DNA of 64,000 nucleotides from Escherichia coli (GTDB lineage Bacteria; Pseudomonadota; Gammaproteobacteria; Enterobacterales; Enterobacteriaceae): NCBI RefSeq assembly GCF_003018255.1, contig NZ_CP027440.1; one strand, 5' to 3'. Shown piece by piece: positions 1 to 15,518 of this stretch (position 1 is its first letter; each line of letters starts with the position of its first letter). The notes under the pieces were generated by a model. It saw only the letters and a program-made list of their open reading frames with translations, ran no database searches and was not told where the DNA came from. The position numbers and the translations under genes were made by a program.

Positions 1-445
1 GGCAGAAAAATCCACATCGGAAAAACAGCTCGTTGCGGCGCTGGCGGTTCTCTCGCTCGGCGTTTTTTGTTGGCTTGGGGTGATAAAACCGATAGATACC
101 TACATTGCAGAGCATCAGTCCCACGCGCAAAAAATTAAGAAGGACATCAAATGGATGCAGGATCAAGCGAGCACCCATGGTTTACTCGGTCATCCTGCGC
201 TTACGCAGCCCATCAAAAATATCCTTCTCGAGGAAGCAAAACGTGAGAATTTGGCTATCACGCTGGAAAACGGTCCGGACAATACTCTGACAATTCATCC
301 TGTCACAGCTCCCCTCGAAAACGTCTCCCGCTGGCTCACTACGGCACAGATTACATACGGTATTGTTATTGAAGACCTTCAGTTTACTCTTGCCGGAAAC
401 GAACAGATCACCCTCAAGCATTTGTCCTTCAGGGAGCAACCATAA
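1..445 (+). CDS. gspM: Type II secretion system protein M, 5'-truncated at window edge
   Basis: Frame 2 is open from position 2 and encodes AEKSTSEKQLVAALAVLSLGVFCWLGV (one TM helix) ahead of the listed 121-aa ORF; stop TAA 443-445 overlaps the next ATG. Family assignment from memory. Confidence 0.75.
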   Translation, partial: AEKSTSEKQLVAALAVLSLGVFCWLGVIKPIDTYIAEHQSHAQKIKKDIKWMQDQASTHGLLGHPALTQPIKNILLEEAKRENLAITLENGPDNTLTIHPVTAPLENVSRWLTTAQITYGIVIEDLQFTLAGNEQITLKHLSFREQP

Positions 446-1122
446 TGACAATGCTACTGCCGCTCTTCATTCTGGTTGGTTTTATTGCAGGTTATTTTGT
501 TAATGCCATGGCCTATCACCTCTCGCCGTTGGAGGATAAAACGGCGTTAACGTTTCGCCAGGTATTGGTTCATTTCAGGCAAAAAAAATATGCCTGGCAT
601 GATACAGTGCCCCTGATACTTTGCGTTGCTGCTGCTATCGCCTGCGCCCTGGCACCTTTCACGCCCATCGTGACTGGCGCACTCTTTCTCTATTTCTGTT
701 TCGCACTCACGCTCAGTGTTATTGATTTTCGCACTCAGCTCCTGCCCGACAAACTCACCTTACCGCTGCTCTGGCTTGGCTTGGTATTTAATGCGCAGTC
801 TGGATTAATTGATTTACATGATGCGGTTTATGGCGCGGTAGCTGGCTATGGGGTGCTGTGGTGTGTTTACTGGGGCGTCTGGTTAGTTTGTCACAAAGAG
901 GGATTGGGCTACGGTGATTTCAAGCTACTGGCCGCTGCAGGCGCGTGGTGTGGCTGGCAAACGTTGCCAATGATACTGCTAATTGCCTCACTGGGTGGCA
1001 TTGGTTACGCCATCGTTTCACAACTTCTGCAACGCCGGACTATAACCACTATCGCATTCGGCCCGTGGCTTGCGCTCGGCAGCATGATAAACCTGGGGTA
1101 TCTGGCCTGGATCTCGTATTAA
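445..1122 (+). CDS. gspO: Prepilin leader peptidase / N-methyltransferase (A24 family)
   Basis: 225-aa polytopic membrane protein with GYGDFKLLAAAGAW motif typical of prepilin peptidases; start overlaps gspM stop. Confidence 0.88.
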   Translation: MTMLLPLFILVGFIAGYFVNAMAYHLSPLEDKTALTFRQVLVHFRQKKYAWHDTVPLILCVAAAIACALAPFTPIVTGALFLYFCFALTLSVIDFRTQLLPDKLTLPLLWLGLVFNAQSGLIDLHDAVYGAVAGYGVLWCVYWGVWLVCHKEGLGYGDFKLLAAAGAWCGWQTLPMILLIASLGGIGYAIVSQLLQRRTITTIAFGPWLALGSMINLGYLAWISY

Positions 1123-1124
1123 CC

Positions 1125-1142
1125 GGGAGGGTTCTCCCTCCC
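1125..1142. terminator. GC-rich hairpin between convergent gspO and bfr
   Basis: gggagg-gttct-ccctcc inverted repeat seen in sequence; no strong U-tract on either strand. Confidence 0.35.
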
Positions 1143-1150
1143 GACACGGC

Positions 1151-1627
1151 TCAACTTTCTTCGCGGATCTGTGCTTGCAGATAATTTTGCAGGCCCATCT
1201 TCTGAATCAGATCAAGTTCCGTTTCCAGCCAGTCGATATGGCCTTCTTCATCACGCAAAATTTCTATCATCATATCGCGGCTGACGTAATCATGAACGCT
1301 ATCGGCATAACCAATTGCCTCACGCAAATTCTTCGCGCCATCCAGCTCAAGTGCCAGATCAGAACGCAGCATTTCCTCAACATCCTCACCAATGTTCAGT
1401 TTGCCCAGGTCCTGTAAATTTGGAAGACCTTCCAGAAAAAGAATGCGCTCAATATAACGATCGGCGTGTTTCATCTCATCAATGGATTCATGATACTCCA
1501 CATCATTGAGACGTTTGAGACCCCAGTTTTTAAACATCCGGGCATGGAGAAAGTACTGATTGATTGCGACAAGCTCATTTCCCAACAGTTTGTTGAGATA
1601 ATTTATAACCTTAGTATCACCTTTCAT
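1151..1627 (-). CDS. bfr: Bacterioferritin
   Basis: 158-aa translation [32 protein letters not shown]... matches bacterioferritin. Confidence 0.97.
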
Positions 1628-1698
1628 TTTTTGACTCCTTCGCTTCCACTCTTTGAAGCGTAGAACGGCTTACGAGTAAGTCAAAAAACACACTCCGT

Positions 1699-1893
1699 TT
1701 ATGCGGACTCCTTAAACTCCGGCAACTGCATTAATTCATCCTCCATCACTTCACGCGCGGCCCGGACACATTTACCGCACTGATTGCCGACCGGAATAAA
1801 TTTTTTTAATTGCTGGAACGAGTGAGGGGAAAACTGGCGCACAGCCTGACGAATTTTTTTATCGCTGATACCATTACAAAGACAAACGTACAT
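1699..1893 (-). CDS. bfd: Bacterioferritin-associated ferredoxin ([2Fe-2S])
   Basis: 64-aa MYVCLCNGISDKKIRQAVRQF... with Cys pattern; directly upstream of bfr on the same strand. Confidence 0.93.
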   Translation of the reverse strand: MYVCLCNGISDKKIRQAVRQFSPHSFQQLKKFIPVGNQCGKCVRAAREVMEDELMQLPEFKESA

Positions 1894-2061
1894 AGAGACT
1901 CCCGTATACTTTCTTCAAAAATAAATGAAAATAGTTCTTATTTCAATTACGGAAAGACTCTTTTTTAAGCAAAGAATAGAAATATGAATAAAAATAATGG
2001 GCTACCAAAAGTAGCCCATTGACAAAAAATGCGGCGATACCGGAAGGTATCGCCAACACAT

Positions 2062-4764
2062 TTATTGCTTAGTAAACGGCGCGAAGATTTCGCTAAATGC
2101 GTACTTCGGTGCCTGTTCTTTAGTCAGGCCGTGGAATTCCGGAGACAGGTTAGTGCCGCCTGGCAGGTCGCGCGCGATTGACCAGATACCAACCATACCG
2201 AGATTACGCTTCTGCGCATCCTGCATGACCAGACGAGCATCAGAGAGATAGAACACCTCGCCCTGAACGTCGTTCACGCCAACCATCGGCGTGGTACCCA
2301 TCATAGCGTCAATTTCTGCATCGCTCTTATTGGGATGGAGGCCTTTCAATTGTGAATGCAGGTTGGCAATCGCAGACGTTGCACACTTACCGTGAATGTT
2401 CTGGCCTTCGGTATTTGCAGACTGACAAATCGCGTTACCGTAGTCCATTGTCATCACGTTCACACCCGCCAGCTCAACACCTTTCGCTTTGGCATCGCTC
2501 AGGACATTCATCCCTTCCGGCGTCAGGCCAGTCGGCAGAATTGGCAAGGTGTACCAGATAGCAATATCTTTGCCCTCTGACTTCCATTTATCCTGCACTT
2601 TCTTCACAGCAAGGTTACGACGTTCAATAGATGCCTGATCCGCAACCCAGGTGCCTTCGATATCGAAGTCCAGGACTCTGAGGTTCAGGTTATCAACGAT
2701 GTCATAATAATGCTGCATCAGATCGTCTACGTTCTTACAGGAAGCAGCCAGCGGAGCGTTGTTAGCACCACCGATAGACAGCATCACATCGCCGCCAGCT
2801 TCACGCAGAGCTTTGATTTTGCTGTACTGAGCGTAATTCTGCATACCGTAAGCGGTACCCCATGTCGGCAGACAGGTGTTCGCATCTTTACTCACCACAA
2901 ACGCCAGCGTGAAGTGGTTGACGTTATGATTCTTAGCCAGCGCAGCCAGATCCGGGATCGTATTCAGCGTAAAGTCAACATACGGTGCATAAACGTGTTT
3001 CGGCCACGCTTTCTTCGGCGTACCTACACGTTCTTTGGTTCCGGTCCAGTCAACAAAAACACGCCACGGGTTGCTGTCAGAAGGAGAAACTTTCTGCACT
3101 TTACTCTGAGAAATGTAGTTCGCACCGTTAAAGCGAATCAGCGTATCGCTGGCATAAAGCGTTTCTGGATTAAACTGCGGCGCATTATTCAGCTCTTCGT
3201 TGCTATAGCTCTGAGCCTTACCTAACGGCTTCCACGGGCGGCTATTGCTACCGGTGGCGTTTTGGTTCGCAACCAGAGCAGGGTTGTCGCTTTGCGTCCA
3301 GAACAGCGCTTCATAAGCCTGCCCATCAACAACAACGCGATCACCTTTCACGTACACGGTGGAAGCGGACCATGCTTTCGCCGGTTCGTATTTCTTCCAC
3401 GGGTTATCGCCGCCCGGGACAAAGCCCCATGCGTCTTGATCGACAGAGGTTTTATAATGTGCATCGTTATAATCTACGATGCTGTTCGCGCTGTACGCTT
3501 TGCTGGCCTGGAAACCATCCGCAACAATGACGCCGCCATTATCAATTTCACAGGTAGTTGGGTTACCGTACTGACTCATTTCCGCAGCGGTAGCTGTACG
3601 CACGAGACGCCATGGGTTATTGGAGTTTTCTGCACTAGTGCCACGTGGGCAATCTTCAGAACCAACCCACCAGGCATTCTGATAAACATTACCATTGAAG
3701 ATAACATGGTAAATTTCGCTACCTTCCTGGCCACTCCACGCCTGCAGTGAGTAATCGTTACTGCTATCCGCTGGTGTTGATGGCTCGTTATTATCCGGAG
3801 TAGGAGTAACTGGAGTTACCGGTGTTTCCGGAGTTGGATCAACCGGAGTCACAGCACCGCTATTATTATCCGGCTTAACGGAACAGGAACCCGGATTACC
3901 ATACTGGCTGATTTCTGTTGCCGTTGCCGCGCGAACATAACGCCATGGGTTGCTGGCATCGTTTTCTTTCGCATCGCCTGGGCAATTTGCCGCGCCTACC
4001 CACCAGGCGTTCTTATAAATGCCGCCGTTGTAGATAACGTACCATGTAGAAGAACCTTCCTGACCTTTCCAGGCTACGACAGCATAGTTGTCGTTTGACT
4101 TATCAGCTGGAGCTGGCTGAACATCAGGAGCCGGTTTAACGTCCGGTGCCGGTTTCACATCCGGCGCAGGCTGTGGTGCTGAAGTACAGGACTGTGGATT
4201 ACTGGTTTCTGAGATTTCCGTTGCCGTAGCGGCACGAACATAACGCCATGGGTTGCTGGCATCATTGCCTTTCGCATCACCCGGGCAGTTAGAAGAGGCT
4301 ACCCACCAGGCATTTTTATATACCGCACCATTAAAGACGACATACCAGGTCTGACCGCCCTGCTGTTTATTCCAGGCAACTACAGAAGAATTAGACGGAA
4401 CAGTGCCCTGTGCTGGTGTAGCCGAACCGCCATTAGCCGGCGTATTGGATGCAGGCGTATTTGAATTTGAAGAAGATGAGCTGCCGCTCTTTTCGCAGGA
4501 AAGTGTATTGCCAAACTGACTAATTTCAGCAGCTGTCGCGGTACGCTTTAAACGCCATGGGTTAGTTGCATCATTTGCTTTTGCTTTTCCCGGGCAATTT
4601 GTAGAAGAAACCCACCAGGCATTTTCATAAATTTTGCCATCGAAAATAACCTGATATTTATTACCACCTTGTTGGTTATTCCATACTTCCATTGCCAATG
4701 CTGGCAGAGCGGAACACACCAGCCCCATACCAATCATAGATTTAGTAAATATATTTAATTTCAT
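2062..4764 (-). CDS. chiA: Periplasmic/secreted endochitinase, multidomain
   Basis: 900-aa ORF with signal peptide (…ALPALA), four N-terminal W..YxNAWW..NCPG..NPWR repeats, PAPDVK linker, two chitin-binding-type-3-like segments (AKAWSASTVYVKGDRVVVDGQAYEALFWTQSDNP) and C-terminal catalytic domain with LDFDIEG motif. SD aaggga upstream of ATG. Confidence 0.93.
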   Translation of the reverse strand: MKLNIFTKSMIGMGLVCSALPALAMEVWNNQQGGNKYQVIFDGKIYENAWWVSSTNCPGKAKANDATNPWRLKRTATAAEISQFGNTLSCEKSGSSSSSNSNTPASNTPANGGSATPAQGTVPSNSSVVAWNKQQGGQTWYVVFNGAVYKNAWWVASSNCPGDAKGNDASNPWRYVRAATATEISETSNPQSCTSAPQPAPDVKPAPDVKPAPDVQPAPADKSNDNYAVVAWKGQEGSSTWYVIYNGGIYKNAWWVGAANCPGDAKENDASNPWRYVRAATATEISQYGNPGSCSVKPDNNSGAVTPVDPTPETPVTPVTPTPDNNEPSTPADSSNDYSLQAWSGQEGSEIYHVIFNGNVYQNAWWVGSEDCPRGTSAENSNNPWRLVRTATAAEMSQYGNPTTCEIDNGGVIVADGFQASKAYSANSIVDYNDAHYKTSVDQDAWGFVPGGDNPWKKYEPAKAWSASTVYVKGDRVVVDGQAYEALFWTQSDNPALVANQNATGSNSRPWKPLGKAQSYSNEELNNAPQFNPETLYASDTLIRFNGANYISQSKVQKVSPSDSNPWRVFVDWTGTKERVGTPKKAWPKHVYAPYVDFTLNTIPDLAALAKNHNVNHFTLAFVVSKDANTCLPTWGTAYGMQNYAQYSKIKALREAGGDVMLSIGGANNAPLAASCKNVDDLMQHYYDIVDNLNLRVLDFDIEGTWVADQASIERRNLAVKKVQDKWKSEGKDIAIWYTLPILPTGLTPEGMNVLSDAKAKGVELAGVNVMTMDYGNAICQSANTEGQNIHGKCATSAIANLHSQLKGLHPNKSDAEIDAMMGTTPMVGVNDVQGEVFYLSDARLVMQDAQKRNLGMVGIWSIARDLPGGTNLSPEFHGLTKEQAPKYAFSEIFAPFTKQ
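3550..4689 (-). repeat. Four tandem ~65-70-aa carbohydrate-binding-like module repeats inside chiA, plus PAPDVK linker repeat (4105-4176)
   Basis: Protein-level repeats at residues ~26-90, 127-193, 226-294, 338-405; DNA at 4105-4176 reverse-complements to ccggatgtgaaaccggcaccggacgttaaaccggc (PAPDVKPAPDVKPAP). Confidence 0.8.
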
Positions 4765-5005
4765 TATAATCCCTTGTGACGTAAAAACTGCAAAACAAAA
4801 GTCCTACGCAGGAATTATTTACGTTTTACGAGAACCCTTCAATATGAATTAAATTACGGCATTAAAAATAAGAAAAAAGCCTGACAAAAGAAGCATTTTA
4901 AAAACAGAAACATTCATATTTAAGATATTAAATTTAATTTATATTTTAAATATGAATAATTTATTCGTTCTGACAGTACGAATAAGATATGCAGTCAACA
5001 AATGC
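4765..5005. promoter_or_regulatory. AT-rich chiA upstream region (candidate nucleoid-protein-silenced promoter)
   Basis: Long A/T runs (taaatttaatttatattttaaatatgaataatttattcg) seen in sequence; H-NS control of chiA is from established knowledge. Confidence 0.5.
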
Positions 5006-5031
5006 AAAAAGGGCGCCGAAGCGCCCTTTTT
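5006..5031. terminator. Intrinsic terminator downstream of tufA (symmetric hairpin flanked by A/T tracts)
   Basis: aaaaagggcgccgaagcgcccttttt: 6-bp GC stem with T-tract on both strands. Confidence 0.65.
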
Positions 5032-5055
5032 AATTCGAAACTAATTAACGTGTAA

Positions 5056-6297
<1,242 letters not shown>

Positions 6298-6310
6298 TTA
6301 ACCCTTAGGC

Positions 6311-8437
<2,127 letters not shown>

Positions 8438-8521
8438 TTATCTTTTAGGCGTTCAATTTAAGTAGCCCAAAGCGGGCTGCTTACTGGAAGCGCCCGCCTG
8501 GTGACTAAAACTCCGAAGGGA

Positions 8522-9007
<486 letters not shown>

Positions 9008-9088
9008 TTAATTCAGGATTGTCCAAAACTCTACGAGTTTAGTTTGACATTTAAGTTAAAACGTTTGGCCTTACTTAACGGAGAACCA

Positions 9089-9566
<478 letters not shown>

Positions 9567-9588
9567 GAAATATACAACGATCCCGCCA

Positions 9589-9876
9589 TCACCAGGCCAT
9601 CTGGCTGGAGTGCTTAACCGTAAGTCTGACGAAATCAGTATAGTCAATGAGAATGATATCGTTCGAAATTTGACCAGCCAAACCGCGGGCAATAAGGTCT
9701 TCGTTCAGGGCATAGACCTTAATGGGGGCATTACGCAGACTTTCAAGGTAGCGGTTACCGTCAACTGCGGCAGTTACACCATCTTGCAATAATAGCAGTT
9801 CGTCGCCCTCACTTAGCAGGCGCAGCAGCGCAGCAAAATCCGTCAGCCAGGGTGAACGATGTAATGTGTGCAGCAT
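9589..9876 (-). CDS. tusB: tRNA 2-thiouridine synthesis sulfur relay protein TusB
   Basis: 95-aa [34 protein letters not shown]...; last gene of tusDCB arrangement. Confidence 0.9.
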   Translation of the reverse strand: MLHTLHRSPWLTDFAALLRLLSEGDELLLLQDGVTAAVDGNRYLESLRNAPIKVYALNEDLIARGLAGQISNDIILIDYTDFVRLTVKHSSQMAW

Positions 9877-9883
9877 AAACGCC

Positions 9884-10242
9884 TCAAAACCTCAAAATAA
9901 CATCGTAGTTGGCGAGTTCGCGGCGTAAGGCATCTGCTTCGAGCGGCGTGGCTTCGACAACAAAGGGTGTCTGCGGATCTAACCCGCGTTCGCGCAGTGA
10001 AGCCGCACAAACCCAGCACTGTTCAATGTCGTACAGACCCAACAATTTAAAAGTGGCGATGTAATCACGCGCCAGCACTGCATCGGGCTTTTGTCCTGGC
10101 AGCAGCTGAAAAACGCCATCAGCAATAAAGAAGACGGCCAGATCGTCAGTTAATGCGGAAGTTGCCAGTAAAGCATCTAAACCTTCCCGACCAGCAGCTG
10201 TACCATGAGGCACAGTAGAAAAAACAAACGCAATTCGTTTCA

Positions 10243-10243
<1 letters not shown>
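9884..10243 (-). CDS. tusC: Sulfur relay protein TusC
   Basis: 119-aa DsrF-like protein between tusD and tusB. Confidence 0.9.
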
Positions 10244-11351
<1,108 letters not shown>

Positions 11352-11517
11352 GAAAAAAAACACTCCTTTTCAGGAGCCTGTCGTTAACTTTTCAGGGCAG
11401 GCTCATTAATGATGCGGGTAACTAAATTAATACAGCGGAGGTTCCGCTTTCCAGCACTAATTATATCCGGCCTGTAATAAAAAAACCGCCGCCTGGTCAG
11501 GCGGCGGTTCTTAATGC

Positions 11518-12330
11518 TTATTTTTTAGCAGAATCTGCGGCTTTCGCATCAGCTTCCGGCTTTGCATCAGCCTTCGGCGCTGGTTTCACATCCAGCAGCT
11601 CTACGTCAAACACCAGGGTAGAATTCGGTGGGATCCCCGGAACACCCGCTTTGCCGTAAGCCAGTTCTGGTGGAATAACCAGTTTGATCTTACCGCCTTT
11701 CTTGATGTTCTTCAGACCTTCTGTCCAACCCGGAATAACACCGTCCAGACGGAAAGAGAGCGGTTCACCACGGGTGTAAGAGTTGTCGAACTCTTTACCG
11801 TCGATCAGCGTACCTTTGTAGTTCACGACAACAGTATCGCTGTCTTTCGGTGCTTCGCCTTTACCGGCTTCGACTACCTGATAAACCAGACCAGTTGAAG
11901 AGGTTTTCACACCTTTCTCTTTGGCAAATTTCTCGCGGTACTCTTTACCTTTCGCTTCGTTATCTGCCGCGTCTTTTTCCATCTTCGCCTGAGCAGAAGA
12001 CTTCACGCGAGCTTCGAATGCTTGCAGTGTCTGTTCGATCTCTTGGTCGGAGAGTTTGCTCTTATCAGCAAATGCATCCTGAACACCAGCGATCAGCTGA
12101 TCTTTATCCAGTTTGATGCCCAGTTTTTCTTGTTCTTTAAGAGAATTTTCCATGTAACGACCCAGCGAAGCACCCAGTGCATAAGCTGATTTCTGATCGT
12201 CATTTTTGAACGCTGCTTTGCTGTCAGCAGTTGTAGCAGGTTTTGCAGCTTCAGCAGCAAAAGTGATCGGTGCATGCAGGGCAACGGCCATTGTGGTCGC
12301 CAGCAGCGTTACTTTAAACAGTGATTTCAT
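11518..12330 (-). CDS. fkpA: Periplasmic FKBP-type peptidyl-prolyl isomerase
   Basis: 270-aa with signal peptide and FKBP domain (…GVIPGWTEGLKNIKKGGKIKLVIPPELAYGKAGVPGIPPNSTLVFDVELL). Confidence 0.95.
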   Translation of the reverse strand: MKSLFKVTLLATTMAVALHAPITFAAEAAKPATTADSKAAFKNDDQKSAYALGASLGRYMENSLKEQEKLGIKLDKDQLIAGVQDAFADKSKLSDQEIEQTLQAFEARVKSSAQAKMEKDAADNEAKGKEYREKFAKEKGVKTSSTGLVYQVVEAGKGEAPKDSDTVVVNYKGTLIDGKEFDNSYTRGEPLSFRLDGVIPGWTEGLKNIKKGGKIKLVIPPELAYGKAGVPGIPPNSTLVFDVELLDVKPAPKADAKPEADAKAADSAKK

Positions 12331-12550
12331 CCATATCTCCAGGATCGGGGCATCTCACCCCAGGGTTAACTATTATCAGAAGGGTACTATAAAGCGTTGT
12401 CGAACAAATCTACATACAGACACGCCCTATTATCATCTATTTTCAGACTCTTTTTGTTTAAATTAGTTTCGATGACCGCGAAATGAGTGCTGTCTCGGGC
12501 AGCAAAGTTAAGTAGAATCCGCGGCGACCATTCGACAAAAGAGGTGAATC

Positions 12551-12769
12551 ATGCAGGATTTATCATTGGAAGCACGCCTGGCAGAGCTGGAGAGCCGACT
12601 GGCTTTTCAGGAAATCACCATTGAAGAACTGAACGTCACGGTGACCGCTCATGAAATGGAGATGGCGAAACTGCGCGATCATCTGCGTCTGCTGACCGAG
12701 AAGCTAAAAGCCAGCCAGCCGTCGAACATCGCGTCGCAGGCTGAAGAAACGCCACCGCCACATTATTGA
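12551..12769 (+). CDS. slyX: Protein SlyX
   Basis: 72-aa coiled-coil [28 protein letters not shown]... Confidence 0.9.
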
Positions 12770-12773
12770 GGCG

Positions 12774-12803
12774 TAAAAAAAGCGGGGATTCCCCGCTTTT
12801 TTG
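12774..12803. terminator. Bidirectional intrinsic terminator between convergent slyX and slyD
   Basis: aaaaaaagcggggattccccgcttttttg: 7-bp stem flanked by A-tract and T-tract. Confidence 0.65.
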
Positions 12804-12817
12804 TCACTTTTTCGGTA

Positions 12818-13408
12818 TTAGTGGCAACCGCAACCGCCGTTACCTTTACCGCCGCAGCAGCCTTCGCCACCGTGTTCATGACCGTGATCGTGGCCATGAC
12901 CACCGCAGCAACCGTCGTGGTCGTGATCGTGGTGATGATCGTGCGCACCGTGAACGTGGCCATGAGCCAGTTCTTCTTCAGTCGCTTCGCGAATCGCCAC
13001 AACTTCAACGTTGAATTTCAGGTTCTGACCGGCCAGCATGTGGTTACCATCAACCACGACGTGATCGTCTTCAACCGCAGTGATTTCAACCGGTACCGGA
13101 CCCTGGTCGGTTTCAGCCAGGAAACGCATACCAACCTGCAGTTCATCAACGCCCATAAATACGTCTTTAGGAACGCGTTGAACCAGGTTTTCGTCGTACT
13201 GACCGTAAGCGTCGTTCGCGCCAACAGCGACATCAAATTTGTCGCCAACTTCGTGACCTTCCAGCGCCGTTTCCAGGCCAGAGATCAGGGAACCGTGACC
13301 ATGCAGGTAGTCCAGCGGCGCACTCACCGGAGACTCATCAACCAACACACCGTCTTCTGTACGTACCTGATAGGCCAGGCTGACCACCAGGTCTTTTGCT
13401 ACTTTCAT
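12818..13408 (-). CDS. slyD: FKBP-type peptidyl-prolyl isomerase with His/Cys-rich metal-binding tail
   Basis: 196-aa MKVAKDLVVSLAYQVRTEDGVLVDESP... ending ...HGHDHGHEHGGEGCCGGKGNGGCGCH. Confidence 0.95.
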   Translation of the reverse strand: MKVAKDLVVSLAYQVRTEDGVLVDESPVSAPLDYLHGHGSLISGLETALEGHEVGDKFDVAVGANDAYGQYDENLVQRVPKDVFMGVDELQVGMRFLAETDQGPVPVEITAVEDDHVVVDGNHMLAGQNLKFNVEVVAIREATEEELAHGHVHGAHDHHHDHDHDGCCGGHGHDHGHEHGGEGCCGGKGNGGCGCH

Positions 13409-13502
13409 GATATCTCCTGAGCATGGGAAGAATAGTGGCGCAGATTGTAGCGGAATTCTGCAGCCGTGTACTCACTAGCTTAAAAAAACTCGGCGCATAT
13501 CG

Positions 13503-13703
13503 CTAGTCCGGATGAAAAATCCCGATCACTTGCTCATCTTTGCGAACGTGATCGCGGGCTTCTTTGTCCGCTTCTCGCATCTGATGTCCGCACTTAACAC
13601 ATTCAACAATATCAATATTATTTTCGCGCCACATCGCCATTGAATCCTGCGCCTGACAGGCCGGGCATTTTGCCCCCGCAATAAAACGTTTTCGGATTGC
13701 CAT
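13503..13703 (-). CDS. yheV: Small zinc-ribbon-like protein YheV
   Basis: 66-aa with CPAC...CVKCGH motifs. Confidence 0.85.
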   Translation of the reverse strand: MAIRKRFIAGAKCPACQAQDSMAMWRENNIDIVECVKCGHQMREADKEARDHVRKDEQVIGIFHPD

Positions 13704-13712
13704 CTTTACCCT

Positions 13713-15518
13713 CTACTCAAATTCATCCCAGCCGTCCAGCTGGCGTCGTTCTTGTTGCATTTCACGCTGGAAAATCTCTTCCAGTTCGCGTCGGGCTTCC
13801 CTGGCGCGAGAAATTTGTACGGTGTCGGCATGCATTGGGATGAGCTCCCGCAACATCCGCATATCCAGGCGGCGAAAATGCAGTTGCGCCCGCTGCGCCT
13901 GATGTGGATGCATGCCTAGCGTGACCAGCGTCTTGCGCCCCAGCTCTAACGCACTGGAGAATGTCTCACGAGAAAACTGCGTCACCCCTGCCTGTAATAA
14001 CTCATGCGCCTCCACACGTCCGCGCGCTCGCGCAAGAATATGTAAATGCGGAAAGTGCTGCTGGCATATTTCCACCAGTTTCATGGTGTCTTCCGGCTCA
14101 TTACAGGTAATGACGATAGACTCAGCGGCCTCTGCACCCGCAGAACGTAAAAGATCTACCTGCGTGGCGTCGCCGTAATAAACTTTGTAGCCATATTTGC
14201 GCATCAGGTTAACGGCACTGATATCCCGCTCCAGCACAGTAATGCGCATTTTATTTGCCATCAGCAAACGACCAATCACCTGACCAAAACGCCCGAAGCC
14301 CACGACAATGACCTGCGGTTTATCATCGTTGACCCACGGTTTTTCGTCTTCTTCTTCCGGTCCGTTAAACTGGCGGGATAGCCATTTATCCACCAGCTTC
14401 ATCAGCAACGGCGTGGTCATCATGGAAAGCGTCACCGTCACCAGCAACAGCGCCATCTGGTCGCCCTGGAATAAGCGTTGCGAAGAAGCGGTAGAAAAGA
14501 GCACAAAGGCAAACTCGCCGCCCTGACTCAACACGCCAGCAAACTGCATCCGCTCTGAGCTACGCACGCCATACAATCGCGCCAGCAGATACAGCACGAG
14601 AATTTTCACCGCCACCAGCACAACCACGCTTATCACTACCCACAACAGATGGGTATAAAGCACCCCGAGATTGAGCGACATGCCGACAGAGATAAAGAAC
14701 AAACCGAGCAGCAACCCCTTAAACGGATCGATAGCCGTTTCCAGTTCATGGCGATATTCACTTTCCGCCAGCAGCACGCCCGCAATAAACGTACCAAGCG
14801 CCATCGACAGCCCCAGCGCATCCATAAATAACGCGGAACCCAACACCAGCAGCAGAGTCGCGGCGGTGAACACTTCCCGCACGCCAGAAGCTGCAATAAA
14901 ACGGAATACCGGACGCAGTAAATAACGCCCGCCAATCAGCATGCCGACAAACGCCAGCACCTTCATGCCGATCTTCATCCAGTCGAAATGTTCGTCTGCC
15001 GACCCCGCCAACAACGGCACTAACGCCAGTGCCGGGATCACCGCCAGATCCTGAAACAGCAGTACCGAGAAACCTAACTGGCCGGATTCGCTGCGATTCA
15101 TCCCTTTATCACGCATCAGTTGCAACGCCATTGCAGTTGAAGACATCGCAAGGCCAATGCCACCGACCACCGCCGCCTGCCAGGCGAAATCCGTCAGCAT
15201 CAATAATCCCGCCAGCAACGCCGCGCTTAACAGCACCTGTGCCGCACCTACGCCAAAAATCGAACGCCGCAATTGCCAAAGCTTGGAGGGATTCAACTCC
15301 AGGCCGATGATAAACATCAGGAACACCACGCCGAGTTCCGAAAAGTGGAGGATCTCATCGACGTCGCTAATAAAACCCAGCCCCCACGGGCCAATTGCAA
15401 TCCCTGCCAGCAAATATCCCAACACAGCGCCAATACCCAGCCGCGATGCCAGCGGCACCGCAGCCACCGCCGCGAAGAGAAACAACACTCCTGCGAGTAA
15501 AAAATCGGAACCTTCCAT
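13713..15518 (-). CDS. kefB: Glutathione-regulated K+ efflux antiporter KefB
   Basis: 601-aa CPA2-type membrane domain plus C-terminal KTN/RCK domain ([17 protein letters not shown]); start overlaps kefG stop. Confidence 0.95.
   Translation of the reverse strand: MEGSDFLLAGVLFLFAAVAAVPLASRLGIGAVLGYLLAGIAIGPWGLGFISDVDEILHFSELGVVFLMFIIGLELNPSKLWQLRRSIFGVGAAQVLLSAALLAGLLMLTDFAWQAAVVGGIGLAMSSTAMALQLMRDKGMNRSESGQLGFSVLLFQDLAVIPALALVPLLAGSADEHFDWMKIGMKVLAFVGMLIGGRYLLRPVFRFIAASGVREVFTAATLLLVLGSALFMDALGLSMALGTFIAGVLLAESEYRHELETAIDPFKGLLLGLFFISVGMSLNLGVLYTHLLWVVISVVVLVAVKILVLYLLARLYGVRSSERMQFAGVLSQGGEFAFVLFSTASSQRLFQGDQMALLLVTVTLSMMTTPLLMKLVDKWLSRQFNGPEEEDEKPWVNDDKPQVIVVGFGRFGQVIGRLLMANKMRITVLERDISAVNLMRKYGYKVYYGDATQVDLLRSAGAEAAESIVITCNEPEDTMKLVEICQQHFPHLHILARARGRVEAHELLQAGVTQFSRETFSSALELGRKTLVTLGMHPHQAQRAQLHFRRLDMRMLRELIPMHADTVQISRAREARRELEEIFQREMQQERRQLDGWDEFE

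Noticed and set aside
12821-13420. 199-aa plus-strand ORF and 12763-13008 minus-strand ORF overlapping slyD
   Set aside because: Produced by the repetitive His/Gly/Cys codons of the slyD tail; slyD itself is the real gene.
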